A model generated the notes under the pieces. That model did no database searches, was not told the DNA's origin, and saw nothing but the letters and a program-made list of their open reading frames with translations. This document shows positions 8,159 to 18,003 of a stretch of DNA of 64,000 nucleotides, piece after piece. Source of the DNA: Gemmatimonadota bacterium (GTDB lineage: Bacteria > Gemmatimonadota > Gemmatimonadetes > Gemmatimonadales > GWC2-71-9); NCBI GenBank assembly GCA_039586365.1, contig JBDHKN010000017.1, positions 1 through 64,000 on the forward strand, read 5' to 3'. The position numbers and the translations under genes are program-made. How positions within the stretch are numbered: position 1 is the first letter of the stretch; every line of letters begins with the position of its first letter.

Positions 8159-8811
8159 CTGCAGGTACGGAGACCGGGACTGGAGATGAAGAAACTGGCG
8201 CCTTGCATAGGGTGAACTGGGCTCGAAGGGGCATGTGGCTGGTGGCTGGCACCATGGCCTACAACTGCGGCGAGGCGTTTGTGGCTCTTTGGGCGGGTCT
8301 GGCTGCAGGTAGTATTGCTCTCGTAGGATTTGGCCTCGATAGCGTAATTGAGATGGCCGCCGCCGCGGTCGTGCTGTGGCGGATGACGATAGAGGAGAGG
8401 GGGGCGAACGCTGAGCGTGTGCTAGTTGCTGAAGCTCGGGTACGACGGTTCGTCGGCGCGACTTTCTTTCTGCTTGCAGCATATGTGATGGCCCGATCGG
8501 TCTGGGCACTGTTGACTCACGATACTCCATCCGAGAGCATGGTAGGAATAGTCCTCGCCGGCGCATCGCTATCGGTCATGCCGCTGATTGCGTTCGGAAA
8601 GTTCAAGGTTGCAGGCGCACTAGGCAGCCGTGCTCTACGTGCCGAGGCAAAGGAGACACTCGCCTGTTCATACCTCTCATTTTGCCTGCTAATGGGACTG
8701 GCCGCCAACGCAATCCGTGGTTGGTGGTGTGCCGATCCTGTTGCCGCCGCTCTCATGGTGCCGTGGCTCGTTCGGGAAGGAATGGAGGCTCTCGAGGAAA
8801 CTGAACACTGA
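8155..8811 (+). CDS. Cation diffusion facilitator-like transporter lacking C-terminal domain
   Basis: SIALVGFGLDSVIE, GSRALRAEA, WWCADPVAA; about six TM segments. Confidence 0.8.
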   Translation: MTAGTETGTGDEETGALHRVNWARRGMWLVAGTMAYNCGEAFVALWAGLAAGSIALVGFGLDSVIEMAAAAVVLWRMTIEERGANAERVLVAEARVRRFVGATFFLLAAYVMARSVWALLTHDTPSESMVGIVLAGASLSVMPLIAFGKFKVAGALGSRALRAEAKETLACSYLSFCLLMGLAANAIRGWWCADPVAAALMVPWLVREGMEALEETEH

Positions 8812-8865
8812 GGTGTATACTGTGCATGAATTAGCAGGAAACGTCATCGACGGGGAGGCAGTTGA

Positions 8866-10002
8866 ATGAAGAAGATTGATCGCAGGGAATTCGTGCTGAC
8901 TGCCGCAACGGCGGTAGCAGCTGCGTCGGCCGCCTCGGCTGTCCCCGAGCGGTTGTCCGGCAGCCCACCGACGATACTCATACCAAAGACGATCTCGCCG
9001 GTGGTCATCTCGGATACGAGTGGCATCAGGTACAAGAACGGTGGGCCGGTCAGTGCAGTCGAGAAAGCTTTCGAGATGATCACTCAGGGTGCGGATGTAC
9101 TCGACTCATTGATTGCGGGGGTCAACATCCCGGAGCTCGATCCCGAAGAGATGGGCATAGGGTATGGTGGGTTGCCGAACGCGGAAGGAGTCGTTCAGCT
9201 GGATTCATGCTGTATGCATGGCCCCAGGAAATGGGCAGGTGGGGTCGCTGCTCTTGAGGGTGTCCGGACTCCCTCCTTAGTGGCGAAGGCGGTAATGGAG
9301 TATACCGATCATCACCTTTTAGTTGGCAAAGGTGCGCAGGACTTCGCCCGCAGCATGGGATTCGAGGTTGAAGATGATCTCAATACTGAGAGGTCGCGGG
9401 CCCTGTGGCTAGACTGGAAGCGCCGGGTGGACCCCCACCATTACCTGGATCCAAAGCAACGTGGTCAGATCGGGTACGAGGCGGGCATGCAGATGCTGAA
9501 GGAAGGGCTTATTGACGAGAGCCATTTCTGGGGAACCATAAACTGTGACGGCATTACCCCGACGGGTGAGATCGGCGGAGTAACAACCACCAGTGGTCTG
9601 GCATGGAAAATCCCTGGACGTGCGGGTGATTCACCCATCCTCGGAGCGGGCCTCTACGTAGACGGTGATGTCGGAGCGGCTGGTTCTACGGGTCGTGGCG
9701 AGGCCAACCTCTACAATCTGAGTTCCTACTTGATAGTCGAGAATCTCCGGCGGGGAATGCATCCCAAAGACGCCGGTCTGGAAGCCTTGGAGCGCATACG
9801 CTCCAACACCCAAGAGCTGCGGCTGTTGAACAACAGGGGACTGCCGAACTTCAATGTCAGGTTCTTCGTGCTGAATGCGAGGGGAGAATTCTCCGGCGTA
9901 ACCATGTACTCAGCTGGTGAGACAACTTATGCGGTGTGCACGGAGAATGGTGCTGAAGAGAGACCCCTCGAGCCGTTGCTGGATGGAACTCCGAATGACT
10001 GA
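8866..10002 (+). CDS. N(4)-(beta-N-acetylglucosaminyl)-L-asparaginase (Ntn hydrolase), Tat-exported
   Basis: DRREFV Tat motif; GYGGLPN, GTI nucleophile Thr, TTTSGL..KIPGRAGDSPI.GAG, TGRGE. Confidence 0.9.
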   Translation: MKKIDRREFVLTAATAVAAASAASAVPERLSGSPPTILIPKTISPVVISDTSGIRYKNGGPVSAVEKAFEMITQGADVLDSLIAGVNIPELDPEEMGIGYGGLPNAEGVVQLDSCCMHGPRKWAGGVAALEGVRTPSLVAKAVMEYTDHHLLVGKGAQDFARSMGFEVEDDLNTERSRALWLDWKRRVDPHHYLDPKQRGQIGYEAGMQMLKEGLIDESHFWGTINCDGITPTGEIGGVTTTSGLAWKIPGRAGDSPILGAGLYVDGDVGAAGSTGRGEANLYNLSSYLIVENLRRGMHPKDAGLEALERIRSNTQELRLLNNRGLPNFNVRFFVLNARGEFSGVTMYSAGETTYAVCTENGAEERPLEPLLDGTPND

Positions 10003-10090
10003 GTGGGGAAAGGCTGCAGCCGATAGGGCGCCGGCGTGACAGTAGTGCATGATGTTCTGATCGAGCTGCACGGATGAGGGTTGGAGGGTG

Positions 10091-11701
10091 ATGTCGCGAC
10101 AAAGCACCGATCTCCAGCAACTCATCGACTCCGTCCTGGATCTAAAGTGGCACATGGATCCGGTTGAGGCTACAGGAGCGGGTCTGTCGCAGCACGACAA
10201 GCGGCTGGGTTCGTATGGAGCTGACGATGTGGAGCAGTATCTGGCAGCCCTCAAGTCTCTTGCAGGTGCGCTCGAGGAAGCACCTGTAGAGTCGATTGAT
10301 GACGAAATCGACCGTACTGCACTTCTCAACGACGCTCGGGTTACAATACGCCGCTTCGAACACGAGCGACCCCATGAGCACAATCCGCTGTTTTGGCTGG
10401 GACACGCCCTTGATGGTCTCTACCTTCTGACCGTATCGCGTAACCGCTCCTCGGCACAACGGGAAACGGCTCTCGTAGAGCGGATCAGAGCCATTCCGGG
10501 ATTCCTTGCGAGAGCCCGCAAGACACTGAGGCCCTGTCCCGCGGTCTTCGTTGAAACTACCCAGGAGGTGTTGGATGCCGGCATAACCCTCGTGGATCAG
10601 ATTTCACGGGAACACGAGACCGGTGGAGAAGAGAGTTTCCTGGTTGCCTCTACTGATGCGACGGCAGCTCTGCATGACTTCGGAAGACACATGGAGACTC
10701 TGAAATCGGACCTACAGTTCGCTATCGGAGAAGATTCATTCAATTTCCGGCTACACTATGAGCACGCCCTGCAGACCACTGCGGCGGAGCTCTGGAGATA
10801 TGGGCACGGCCTGATCGACCAGGTGGAGCTGGAGCTAGCCAGCATTGCGGGAGAAATTGAGCCCGGCACAGCATGGCCAGATTTGGTCGACCGCTTGCGT
10901 GACGATCACCCTTCGGCAGATCGGGTGGTCAGTGCTTATGCTGCTGAAATGACCCGATCGCGGCAGTTCCTGGAAGAGAACCATCTTCTGCCGGTGCTTG
11001 ACGGAGAACTCCAAGTCGTAGAGACACCGGCGTTTCTTCGTCCGCTGATTCCGTTTGCGGCCTATCAACCCCCGGGAGCCTTCTCGCAGGACAGAACCGG
11101 CCTGTTCTACGTGACACCACCCCCCAGCGACGTTGGACCAGAGTCTGTAGAAAGGGCACTTCGTGATCACTGTGTTCACGAGCTTGCATGTACAGCGGTC
11201 CACGAAGGGTATCCCGGTCACCACCTTCAGTACTTGAATGCGCAAGCTCAGCCTAGAACAGTGCGAAAGGTCATCGGGACTCCAGTGACGATCGAAGGTT
11301 GGGCACTGTACTGTGAGGAGATGATGGACGAGGCGGGATTCTACCGGACCTCTGAAGAACGGCTGTTTCAGAGGCTCGCACTCTTGTGGCGAGCAGTGCG
11401 GGTAGTAGCTGATGTGGGGTTACATACTAGGGGAATGGCGTTTGACGAGGCGGTGGGATTGCTCACTGGACGAGTGTACTTCGACCGCGTACATGCCGAG
11501 GCGGAGGTGCGGCGATACTGCGCACGGCCAGCGTACCAACTCTGTTACGCTGTCGGCCTGCGAGAGCTGAAACGGCTGCGGTCCCGATATAGCAGTGTGG
11601 CTGGTAGCGACTTCACGCCGCGAAGCTTCCATACGGAACTCCTCAGCTACGGTGCACTGCCGGTGAGTCTGATACGGTGGGGCATGGGCTTGGACAACTG
11701 A
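10091..11701 (+). CDS. DUF885 family protein (metallopeptidase-like)
   Basis: P..AT..G...HD..L N-terminus; HEGYPGHHLQ, EGWALYCE, RAVRVVADVGLH, EVRRY. Confidence 0.9.
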   Translation: MSRQSTDLQQLIDSVLDLKWHMDPVEATGAGLSQHDKRLGSYGADDVEQYLAALKSLAGALEEAPVESIDDEIDRTALLNDARVTIRRFEHERPHEHNPLFWLGHALDGLYLLTVSRNRSSAQRETALVERIRAIPGFLARARKTLRPCPAVFVETTQEVLDAGITLVDQISREHETGGEESFLVASTDATAALHDFGRHMETLKSDLQFAIGEDSFNFRLHYEHALQTTAAELWRYGHGLIDQVELELASIAGEIEPGTAWPDLVDRLRDDHPSADRVVSAYAAEMTRSRQFLEENHLLPVLDGELQVVETPAFLRPLIPFAAYQPPGAFSQDRTGLFYVTPPPSDVGPESVERALRDHCVHELACTAVHEGYPGHHLQYLNAQAQPRTVRKVIGTPVTIEGWALYCEEMMDEAGFYRTSEERLFQRLALLWRAVRVVADVGLHTRGMAFDEAVGLLTGRVYFDRVHAEAEVRRYCARPAYQLCYAVGLRELKRLRSRYSSVAGSDFTPRSFHTELLSYGALPVSLIRWGMGLDN

Positions 11702-11702
11702 A

Positions 11703-12017
11703 GTGAACCCGCTGGCTTCGCTTCGTTTGCGCTCTTTGGCGCTACAAATCTGGAGGGCACTGCGTCGTCGACTGCGGGCCGCGCGAGAGATCTACGAGGG
11801 GGTCTATTTCGCTCCCTATCGCAGTGCGATTCATCGGGAATACTTGGAGCAGCGGGACCTGTTTCTAGTGCTGAGTTTTTCGGATTTCCTGGGCATCCCG
11901 AATCCTGTTGCGTTCTACACACTCGAGCTCTATCCTGAGTTGATTGACCAGTTTCACCAGTGGCATGTGCGGATGGGGATGCCACGTGCTCCGGAGGGTG
12001 GGTTCAGGTGCTGCTGA
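11703..12017 (+). CDS. CstA/ArsA-associated small protein ending in Cys-Cys (cory-CC-star-like)
   Basis: PYR.AI.RE, DLF..L.FS..LGIPNP..FYTLEL.P, FH.WH.RMGM, C-terminal GFRCC-stop; adjacent to ArsA and CstA. Confidence 0.8.
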   Translation: MNPLASLRLRSLALQIWRALRRRLRAAREIYEGVYFAPYRSAIHREYLEQRDLFLVLSFSDFLGIPNPVAFYTLELYPELIDQFHQWHVRMGMPRAPEGGFRCC

Positions 12018-12039
12018 GGAAGGGCCGGCGGGTGACAGC

Positions 12040-13011
12040 TTGAGCGTCGTGCCACAACTGAATGATCTGCTAGACAGGCAGATAGTCTTCTTCGGTGGAA
12101 AGGGGGGAGTTGGCAAGACAACACTAGCCGCCGCTTTCGCAATTCACTCAGCCGAACGCGGGATGCGGACACTGTTGGTGTCCACCGATACTGCTCATTC
12201 GACCAGCGATATTCTTCAGACGGTGCTTGGGGCTGAACCGAGGCGGGTGACGGGCGAGTGTTGGGCCCTGGAGATTGATCCGGGACACGAGACCGACCGG
12301 TACATAGGTGATGTCAAACGACGCATTGCTGGCACGATAGCGCCGCGTCTTATGCAGGAGGTCGAGAGGCAAATCGACATTGCGCGGGTGTCACCGGGAG
12401 CGGAAGAGGCCGCTGTCTTCGAGAGGTTTGCTCGTATCATCGAGGAGTTCGGAGACGACTTCAGTCGTATCTTCTTTGACACGGCTCCAACGGGTCAGAC
12501 CCTTCGCCTACTTTCTCTGCCAGAGCTAATGACCACTTGGATAAATGGTCTCATAGGTCGGCGCAAGAAGGTCAACATGCTGGCCCGCATGTGGCGTAAT
12601 GTTGCCGGTGTGTCAGCAAGTGAAACATTGGCTGAGGACGATCCGGTGCTTTCGGCTTTGGAGGAACGACGAGATCGGTTTGTCCGCACTCGTGAAATAC
12701 TAACCGACAGTCACCAGTCGGCCTTCGTGTTCGTACTGACTCCGGAATGGCTACCGCTCCTTGAGACGCGGAAGGCGGTAGGTGTCTTGAGTAGATACAG
12801 GATTCCCGTGGCAGCGATACTCATCAATCGAGTCCTGCCCTTGGATGCCGATGGCGAATTCCTCGAGCGACGGCGGCAGAGGGAAGCTGAGTACCTAGGT
12901 CGGATAGATGAGGCATTCACCGGCTTCCCGATCTGCAAGATCCCGCTCAATGACCGGGACGTGGTTGGGCTCCAGGCCCTGCGCGAGATGGCTGCGACCG
13001 CATACGTGTGA
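12040..13011 (+). CDS. Single-domain ArsA/Get3-family ATPase
   Basis: FGGKGGVGKTT deviant Walker A, STDTAHS, SPGAEEA, DTAPTG.TLRLL; start TTG 12040 or GTG 12049 inferred. Confidence 0.92.
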   Translation: MSVVPQLNDLLDRQIVFFGGKGGVGKTTLAAAFAIHSAERGMRTLLVSTDTAHSTSDILQTVLGAEPRRVTGECWALEIDPGHETDRYIGDVKRRIAGTIAPRLMQEVERQIDIARVSPGAEEAAVFERFARIIEEFGDDFSRIFFDTAPTGQTLRLLSLPELMTTWINGLIGRRKKVNMLARMWRNVAGVSASETLAEDDPVLSALEERRDRFVRTREILTDSHQSAFVFVLTPEWLPLLETRKAVGVLSRYRIPVAAILINRVLPLDADGEFLERRRQREAEYLGRIDEAFTGFPICKIPLNDRDVVGLQALREMAATAYV

Positions 13012-13094
13012 TCCCTGGGCAGTACTAGGGTCCTTCCTATCCGCTCGCGCCTGGTTCATTCTTCGTATGCCGCGTTTCGCCTAGGAGATGTCCC

Positions 13095-14876
13095 GTGAGC
13101 TCCATCGCACTCTTGGTTGTCGGATTGTTGGCATTCCTTACTGGCTACCAGGTCTACTCTAGGTACATAGCTCGCCAAATCTATCGACTCGATCCCGACT
13201 TCAGAACTCCGGCGCATGAGTTTGAAGATGGGGTAGACTTTGTACCCACTAACAAGCACGTGCTGTTTGGTCACCACTTCACGTCCGTCGCCGGCGCGGC
13301 ACCGATCGTCGGGCCGGCGATTGCCGTTATCTGGGGTTGGCTCCCGGCCTTTCTCTGGGTGGTGCTGGGAACGATCTTTGCCGGAGCCGTTCACGACTTC
13401 GGGACATTGTGGATTTCGACCCGCCACAAGGCCAACTCTGTTGGAACCTTGACCGAGTCAATCGTCGGTGGCCGGGCACGCGTGCTCTTTCTCCTGATCA
13501 TCTTCTTCCTGTTGTTGTTGGTGAACGCTGTGTTCGCCGTGGTCATCGCGAACCTGTTCATAGCCAGTCCGGGAGCTGTGCTCCCAGTGTGGGGAACCCT
13601 TGTGGTAGCGGTGGTGGTAGGCATCCTGATCTACCGAAGTAGGGTGGGCATACTATGGCCGTCGCTTGGCGCGCTGCTAGTAATATACGTGCTCATCTGG
13701 CTGGGTCAGTATGCGCCGTTTGCACTCCCGGACCTTATTGGCTTCACTCCCACCGGGGCACAACTGACAGTAGCGCAGGGCGATGCTTCCGTCGCTGCTG
13801 CGGCCGCACATGTCGACGGGATGCGGATAGGCTGGGTCATCATTCTCTTCATTTATGCGTTCTTTGCCAGCGTGCTGCCAGTATGGCTGCTGCTGCAGCC
13901 TCGTGACTACATCAACAGTCACCAGCTTTTCGTGGCATTGGGGATCATTTCGGTCGGAATATTGGTCGCCAATCCTCCAGTAGTCGCCCCGGCAATCAAC
14001 CACAATCTTCCCTCGGATGCACCTAACTGGTTCCCGCTGTTGTTTATCACGATTGCCTGCGGTGCGATTAGTGGCTTCCATGGACTTGTCGCCTCAGGAA
14101 CATCCGCAAAACAGCTCAACAAAGAGACTGACGCTAGGTATGTGGGTTATGGAGGAATGCTTGGCGAAGGAACCCTGGCACTCACATCGATTCTGGCGGC
14201 CACTGCTGGACTTGCGTTGTTTGTTGGGGCTGACGGATGGCATGAGCATTACGGGTCTTGGGCCAAAGCCTCGTCTGGTGCCACCATGGCATTTGTTAAC
14301 GGCGTTGGCGTGATAGCGGAAGGAATCGGGATCCCCCATGCAGTCGCGACGATATTCGCCGCTGTTGTGGTGATCAGTTTTGCTGCAACGACCATGGACA
14401 CCGGCATGAGACTGCAGCGGTACATAATCGCCGAGTTGGGCGTCGAGTATCGTCTGAAGCTCGTCCAGAACAGGTGGGTTGCGACGCTAATTGCGGTAGC
14501 GTGCTGCGCGGCATTGGCTGTCGGTCTGGATCGCGGGGCGGGCGGTATGCGGTTGTGGCCTCTTTTCGGAACTACGAATCAGCTAACGGCGGGACTCAGT
14601 TTGCTCGTAGTCACTTTGTTCCTGCTGAAGCTCCGGCGGCCGGTATGGGTCACCGTCATACCGATGGTGTTCCTGCTCTTTATGACCACTTGGGCCATGG
14701 TTCTGAACCTGATCCGATACTTCACCGAGAGTCAGATGCTACTGCTAGCGGTCGGTGGCGTGATATTCGTACTGGAGCTTTGGCTGATGTTTGAAGCGGC
14801 AGCTGCACTGCGCGGCGTCCTTGCGGGGCGTGAGGTGATCGGGGATGCTAAAGGGAGTGCTCGCCGGCGGGGATAA
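13095..14876 (+). CDS. cstA: Carbon starvation protein A family transporter
   Basis: TPAH..EDGVDFVPT, LFGHHFTSVAGAAPIVGP, LLQPRDYIN, FITIACGAISGFH, YGGMLGEG, LWPLFGTTNQL. Confidence 0.95.
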   Translation: MSSIALLVVGLLAFLTGYQVYSRYIARQIYRLDPDFRTPAHEFEDGVDFVPTNKHVLFGHHFTSVAGAAPIVGPAIAVIWGWLPAFLWVVLGTIFAGAVHDFGTLWISTRHKANSVGTLTESIVGGRARVLFLLIIFFLLLLVNAVFAVVIANLFIASPGAVLPVWGTLVVAVVVGILIYRSRVGILWPSLGALLVIYVLIWLGQYAPFALPDLIGFTPTGAQLTVAQGDASVAAAAAHVDGMRIGWVIILFIYAFFASVLPVWLLLQPRDYINSHQLFVALGIISVGILVANPPVVAPAINHNLPSDAPNWFPLLFITIACGAISGFHGLVASGTSAKQLNKETDARYVGYGGMLGEGTLALTSILAATAGLALFVGADGWHEHYGSWAKASSGATMAFVNGVGVIAEGIGIPHAVATIFAAVVVISFAATTMDTGMRLQRYIIAELGVEYRLKLVQNRWVATLIAVACCAALAVGLDRGAGGMRLWPLFGTTNQLTAGLSLLVVTLFLLKLRRPVWVTVIPMVFLLFMTTWAMVLNLIRYFTESQMLLLAVGGVIFVLELWLMFEAAAALRGVLAGREVIGDAKGSARRRG

Positions 14877-14885
14877 GGTGAGCTG

Positions 14886-14899
14886 TTGCACTAGTGCAA
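14886..14899. promoter_or_regulatory. Perfect 14-bp palindrome, possible operator
   Basis: TTGCACTAGTGCAA in the cstA-SDR intergenic region. Confidence 0.35.
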
Positions 14900-15006
14900 G
14901 CTGAGACATACGTTCGACTACACCGTAGTCAGAGGTAAGGACCATCCCAGATTTTGCAGATCGACGGTCTGACTATAGCCCGAGACGCGAACCCAGGTCG
15001 GGGTCT

Positions 15007-15807
15007 ATGTTGGCCGAGGATCCGGAAGCCCAGCCGCTCAGGTCTCGTGACATGCGAGGCCAGTGCGCGTTGGTGACGGGAGGGGCCTCAGGTTTAGGCC
15101 GCGCTATCGCGCTGGAGTTTGCCCGTCGTGGGGCGAATGTGGCGTTCAACTATATCGAACTCGAAGGGCGCGATATTGCAGCACAGGCACTCTTGACGGA
15201 GACTACACTCAGGGGCTACGGGATCGAGGTATACAGTCAACACTGTGACGTTCGTAGTCGTGTGGCGGTGGATACATTCGTCAATCGGGCCGCGGATGCA
15301 ATAGGTGGACTACACTTCCTCGTGAACAACGCAGGAATACACAGCGATGGAGCGCTGTGGCGGCTGACAGAGCAGGCGTGGCGTGACGTCTTAGATACGA
15401 ACGTGACCGGCTCCTTCAACTGCACTCGTGCTGTGGCGCCGATATTCAGGGTGCAACGCTACGGTAAGGTCGTCAATATCTTGTCACAGCAGATTCTCAA
15501 GCCGGGATTCGGAGTGTCCAACTACACTACCAGCAAGGCCGCGTTGGTAGGATTGACGAAATCGTCGGCCGTCGAGCTCGGTCCCTACAACGTCAACGTC
15601 AACGGGGTGGGTCCGGGATTCGTCCGGACCGAGATGGTTGCCGCGCTGCCACGGGAGCTATTGGAGGATGCCAGGCAGCGATCGGTGCTCAGCCGCTTGG
15701 CTGAGCCCGAGGACGTGTCCCCTTTGGTCGTATTCCTCTGCTCCGATGAGGCTCGACATATCACTGGTCAGGTTATCTTAGTGGATGGTGGCGCGACCCT
15801 CGTGTAG
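15007..15807 (+). CDS. SDR family oxidoreductase (FabG-like)
   Basis: TGGASGLG, NNAGI, YTTSK catalytic motif, PGFVRT, ITGQV..VDGG; real start may lie upstream at 14944. Confidence 0.9.
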   Translation: MLAEDPEAQPLRSRDMRGQCALVTGGASGLGRAIALEFARRGANVAFNYIELEGRDIAAQALLTETTLRGYGIEVYSQHCDVRSRVAVDTFVNRAADAIGGLHFLVNNAGIHSDGALWRLTEQAWRDVLDTNVTGSFNCTRAVAPIFRVQRYGKVVNILSQQILKPGFGVSNYTTSKAALVGLTKSSAVELGPYNVNVNGVGPGFVRTEMVAALPRELLEDARQRSVLSRLAEPEDVSPLVVFLCSDEARHITGQVILVDGGATLV

Positions 15808-16094
15808 CGGAACAAGCCGCTCCGGCAGGTGGCGTCGCAGCAACACAGCCCTGGAGAGCGCGGGCTGAGACAAGCTCAGGGTTTCGCAGTTGTTGGACGA
15901 GGCCGCAATGCTGTCGTTGAACCGCCCGCTGCTCTAGAATCAAGCATGTCGAAGTGCTGGGTTACATGTGCGACGCTTCTTGATTTACGTGGCGATTCGA
16001 GTTGCAGATATTGACAATGCGCGGCATACACCTGATGAAACTGATAAAGTTGACTCCTCGGCGGGAGGGGGCTCGCAGCTGCAGTGGAGTCCGA

Positions 16095-16724
16095 GTGGAC
16101 GAACGCCTGATTCGTACTGTTGTTGCATTGGTTTTCCTCAGTATGGCAGGCTGTGCGGGAAGGCCACCTGAAGATTCGCAACCGGCGCCAACAACGCCCC
16201 TGCCGACTGGAGCAATTGCGGGCCAGAACGTGACTGTGTATCCCGTCACGTTGATGGTTACGGATGAGGAGCTGGGCTGGGAGGGTCTTGTGCAGCCGCG
16301 GAGTGAGGCACTGAGTAGAGCTGACAGCATGATCGCAGTCTTCCTGACGGAGCGGGTAACCGAAGTGAATTGGATATTGCCTGATCAGCTACGTGCGGTC
16401 GCGCGACGTGCACCAGGGATGCTGGTGAATCCAGACCAAATGGGAACCGCTCTGCTACGCAACCCTATTGATTTGGTACCAGACCCGCTCCGCAGCCAGA
16501 TGCGCAACCTCAACGCAGTCTCCGGAGTGCGGTTCGCCCTTGTGCCGGCGGGCCTGCTCTTTTATCGCGAACCGGACGGAGGCGGTAGAGCTGAGCTTAC
16601 TGTTGTGATGGTGGAGGTGCGTCGGGGGCAGGTACAGTGGCGCACTGTCGCCATCGGTGTGGGTGCCGGGCCATGGGAAGCAACGTGGAACGCTCTCAAG
16701 ACGCTCGTTCCGGGGCTGCCGTGA
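16095..16724 (+). CDS. Hypothetical lipoprotein
   Basis: Hydrophobic stretch plus MAGC lipobox, Pro-rich linker; GTG start inferred. Confidence 0.65.
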   Translation: MDERLIRTVVALVFLSMAGCAGRPPEDSQPAPTTPLPTGAIAGQNVTVYPVTLMVTDEELGWEGLVQPRSEALSRADSMIAVFLTERVTEVNWILPDQLRAVARRAPGMLVNPDQMGTALLRNPIDLVPDPLRSQMRNLNAVSGVRFALVPAGLLFYREPDGGGRAELTVVMVEVRRGQVQWRTVAIGVGAGPWEATWNALKTLVPGLP

Positions 16725-16832
16725 CGGGCTATCTTGGGGGTGGGAGTGGTAGAGAACGTGCACCGCTCTCCTTCCGCGCCTTGGTGAGATTAGCGCGCAA
16801 AACAAAGGCCGAACAGAGTCGTGCTTGGACCA

Positions 16833-17132
16833 ATGAATCCACGGTCGCCGTTGTCTGGCGCTCTGATTGAACACGAGTGTCCTCGGTGTGATCGGGAGGT
16901 CGAACTCCCCTTGGGAGACATCTGTGGGAGTTGTCTGGCTGACATCGAGCGACGTGCCGGGAAGATCTCTCGTATTGTTGCCATAACGACGACCGCCGGT
17001 CTGGCGGTCTACGTCTACTTGCGGATGCCCGATTATCCTACCGCCAAGGTGGTGGGACTGACAGCTATTGTTGCCTGGTACATTATCACGGGACTAGTAA
17101 CGAAGCGTATCATGCGCGAAGTGCTCAAGTGA
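16833..17132 (+). CDS. Small membrane protein with zinc-ribbon-like CxxC...CxxC
   Basis: CPRC...CGSC followed by two TM helices. Confidence 0.6.
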   Translation: MNPRSPLSGALIEHECPRCDREVELPLGDICGSCLADIERRAGKISRIVAITTTAGLAVYVYLRMPDYPTAKVVGLTAIVAWYIITGLVTKRIMREVLK

Positions 17133-17145
17133 CCGGACAGTTCGT

Positions 17146-18003
17146 GTGAGCAGCGGGATTGTTCATCTGTCAGATTTGCACTTCGGTTCGGAGGCCGACC
17201 TCGCCAAGATCGAGGCCGTCGAGGAATTGGTGCCGGATCTGGAGCCGCGAGTAACAGTGATTTCAGGCGATTTGACGCTGCGGGCGCGACATGGAGAGTT
17301 CATGGCTGTGCGGGGCTTGATCCGTGAACTTGAGCGCACGGCGCCGGTATTCGTAATCCCGGGCAATCACGATGTCCAGTGGTGGTGGCGGCCGCTCATC
17401 CCGTTTGGTGGTTCCATGAAGTACCGCAAATTCTCAAGGTACTTCGGGCCCGTCATAGCTCCGACACTCTCTATCCCGGGAGTAATTATCGCGAGTGCTC
17501 TAACGTCGCACGGGATCGCCTGGGGGTCGCTTACATACAGTGTTGGGGATCTTGCTGTGAAGGGACACTTGTCGCGCGGAGAGATCGAACGAGTCAAAGC
17601 GAGGTTTGCCCAAGCGGATGCGCAACAACTCAAGGTACTGGTAGTGCACCACAATGTGCTACGCGGTGAAGTCTCGGGGCGGATGGGCCTCGCTTGGTGG
17701 AAGCGGGCACAACGCCGGATCGTGGATAGTGGTGCAGAACTTGTCCTCTGTGGACACGATCATCAGGAGTTGGCTGACCAACTTGACGGCAAGGTTGTCG
17801 TGTCTTGCAGTGGGACGTTGTCAACTCGCTTGCCTGGTGATCGCCCGGCGGCTTTTCATCACTTGTATTGGGACGATACGGCCATCCAAGTGGAGCAGTA
17901 CATGTGGGATATGAATCTGTGCATCTTCAGGCGATCCAACGTTTATGCATTCGCCCGCAACCGCCGAGTGGATGAAGCGAAGGTCTCGGCTCAACTGGGC
18001 TAA
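17146..18003 (+). CDS. Metallophosphoesterase (calcineurin-like)
   Basis: HLSDLHFG, SGDLT, PGNHD, HH, GHDH motifs. Confidence 0.9.
   Translation: MSSGIVHLSDLHFGSEADLAKIEAVEELVPDLEPRVTVISGDLTLRARHGEFMAVRGLIRELERTAPVFVIPGNHDVQWWWRPLIPFGGSMKYRKFSRYFGPVIAPTLSIPGVIIASALTSHGIAWGSLTYSVGDLAVKGHLSRGEIERVKARFAQADAQQLKVLVVHHNVLRGEVSGRMGLAWWKRAQRRIVDSGAELVLCGHDHQELADQLDGKVVVSCSGTLSTRLPGDRPAAFHHLYWDDTAIQVEQYMWDMNLCIFRRSNVYAFARNRRVDEAKVSAQLG

Noticed and set aside
12009..12035. Selenocysteine read-through of the TGA after Cys-Cys
   Set aside because: Would add only five residues before another TGA; no convincing SECIS hairpin; CC-stop is the normal family ending
12040..13011. Arsenic-resistance operon
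   Set aside because: No arsB/acr3, arsC, arsD or arsR; single-domain ATPase in a CstA context
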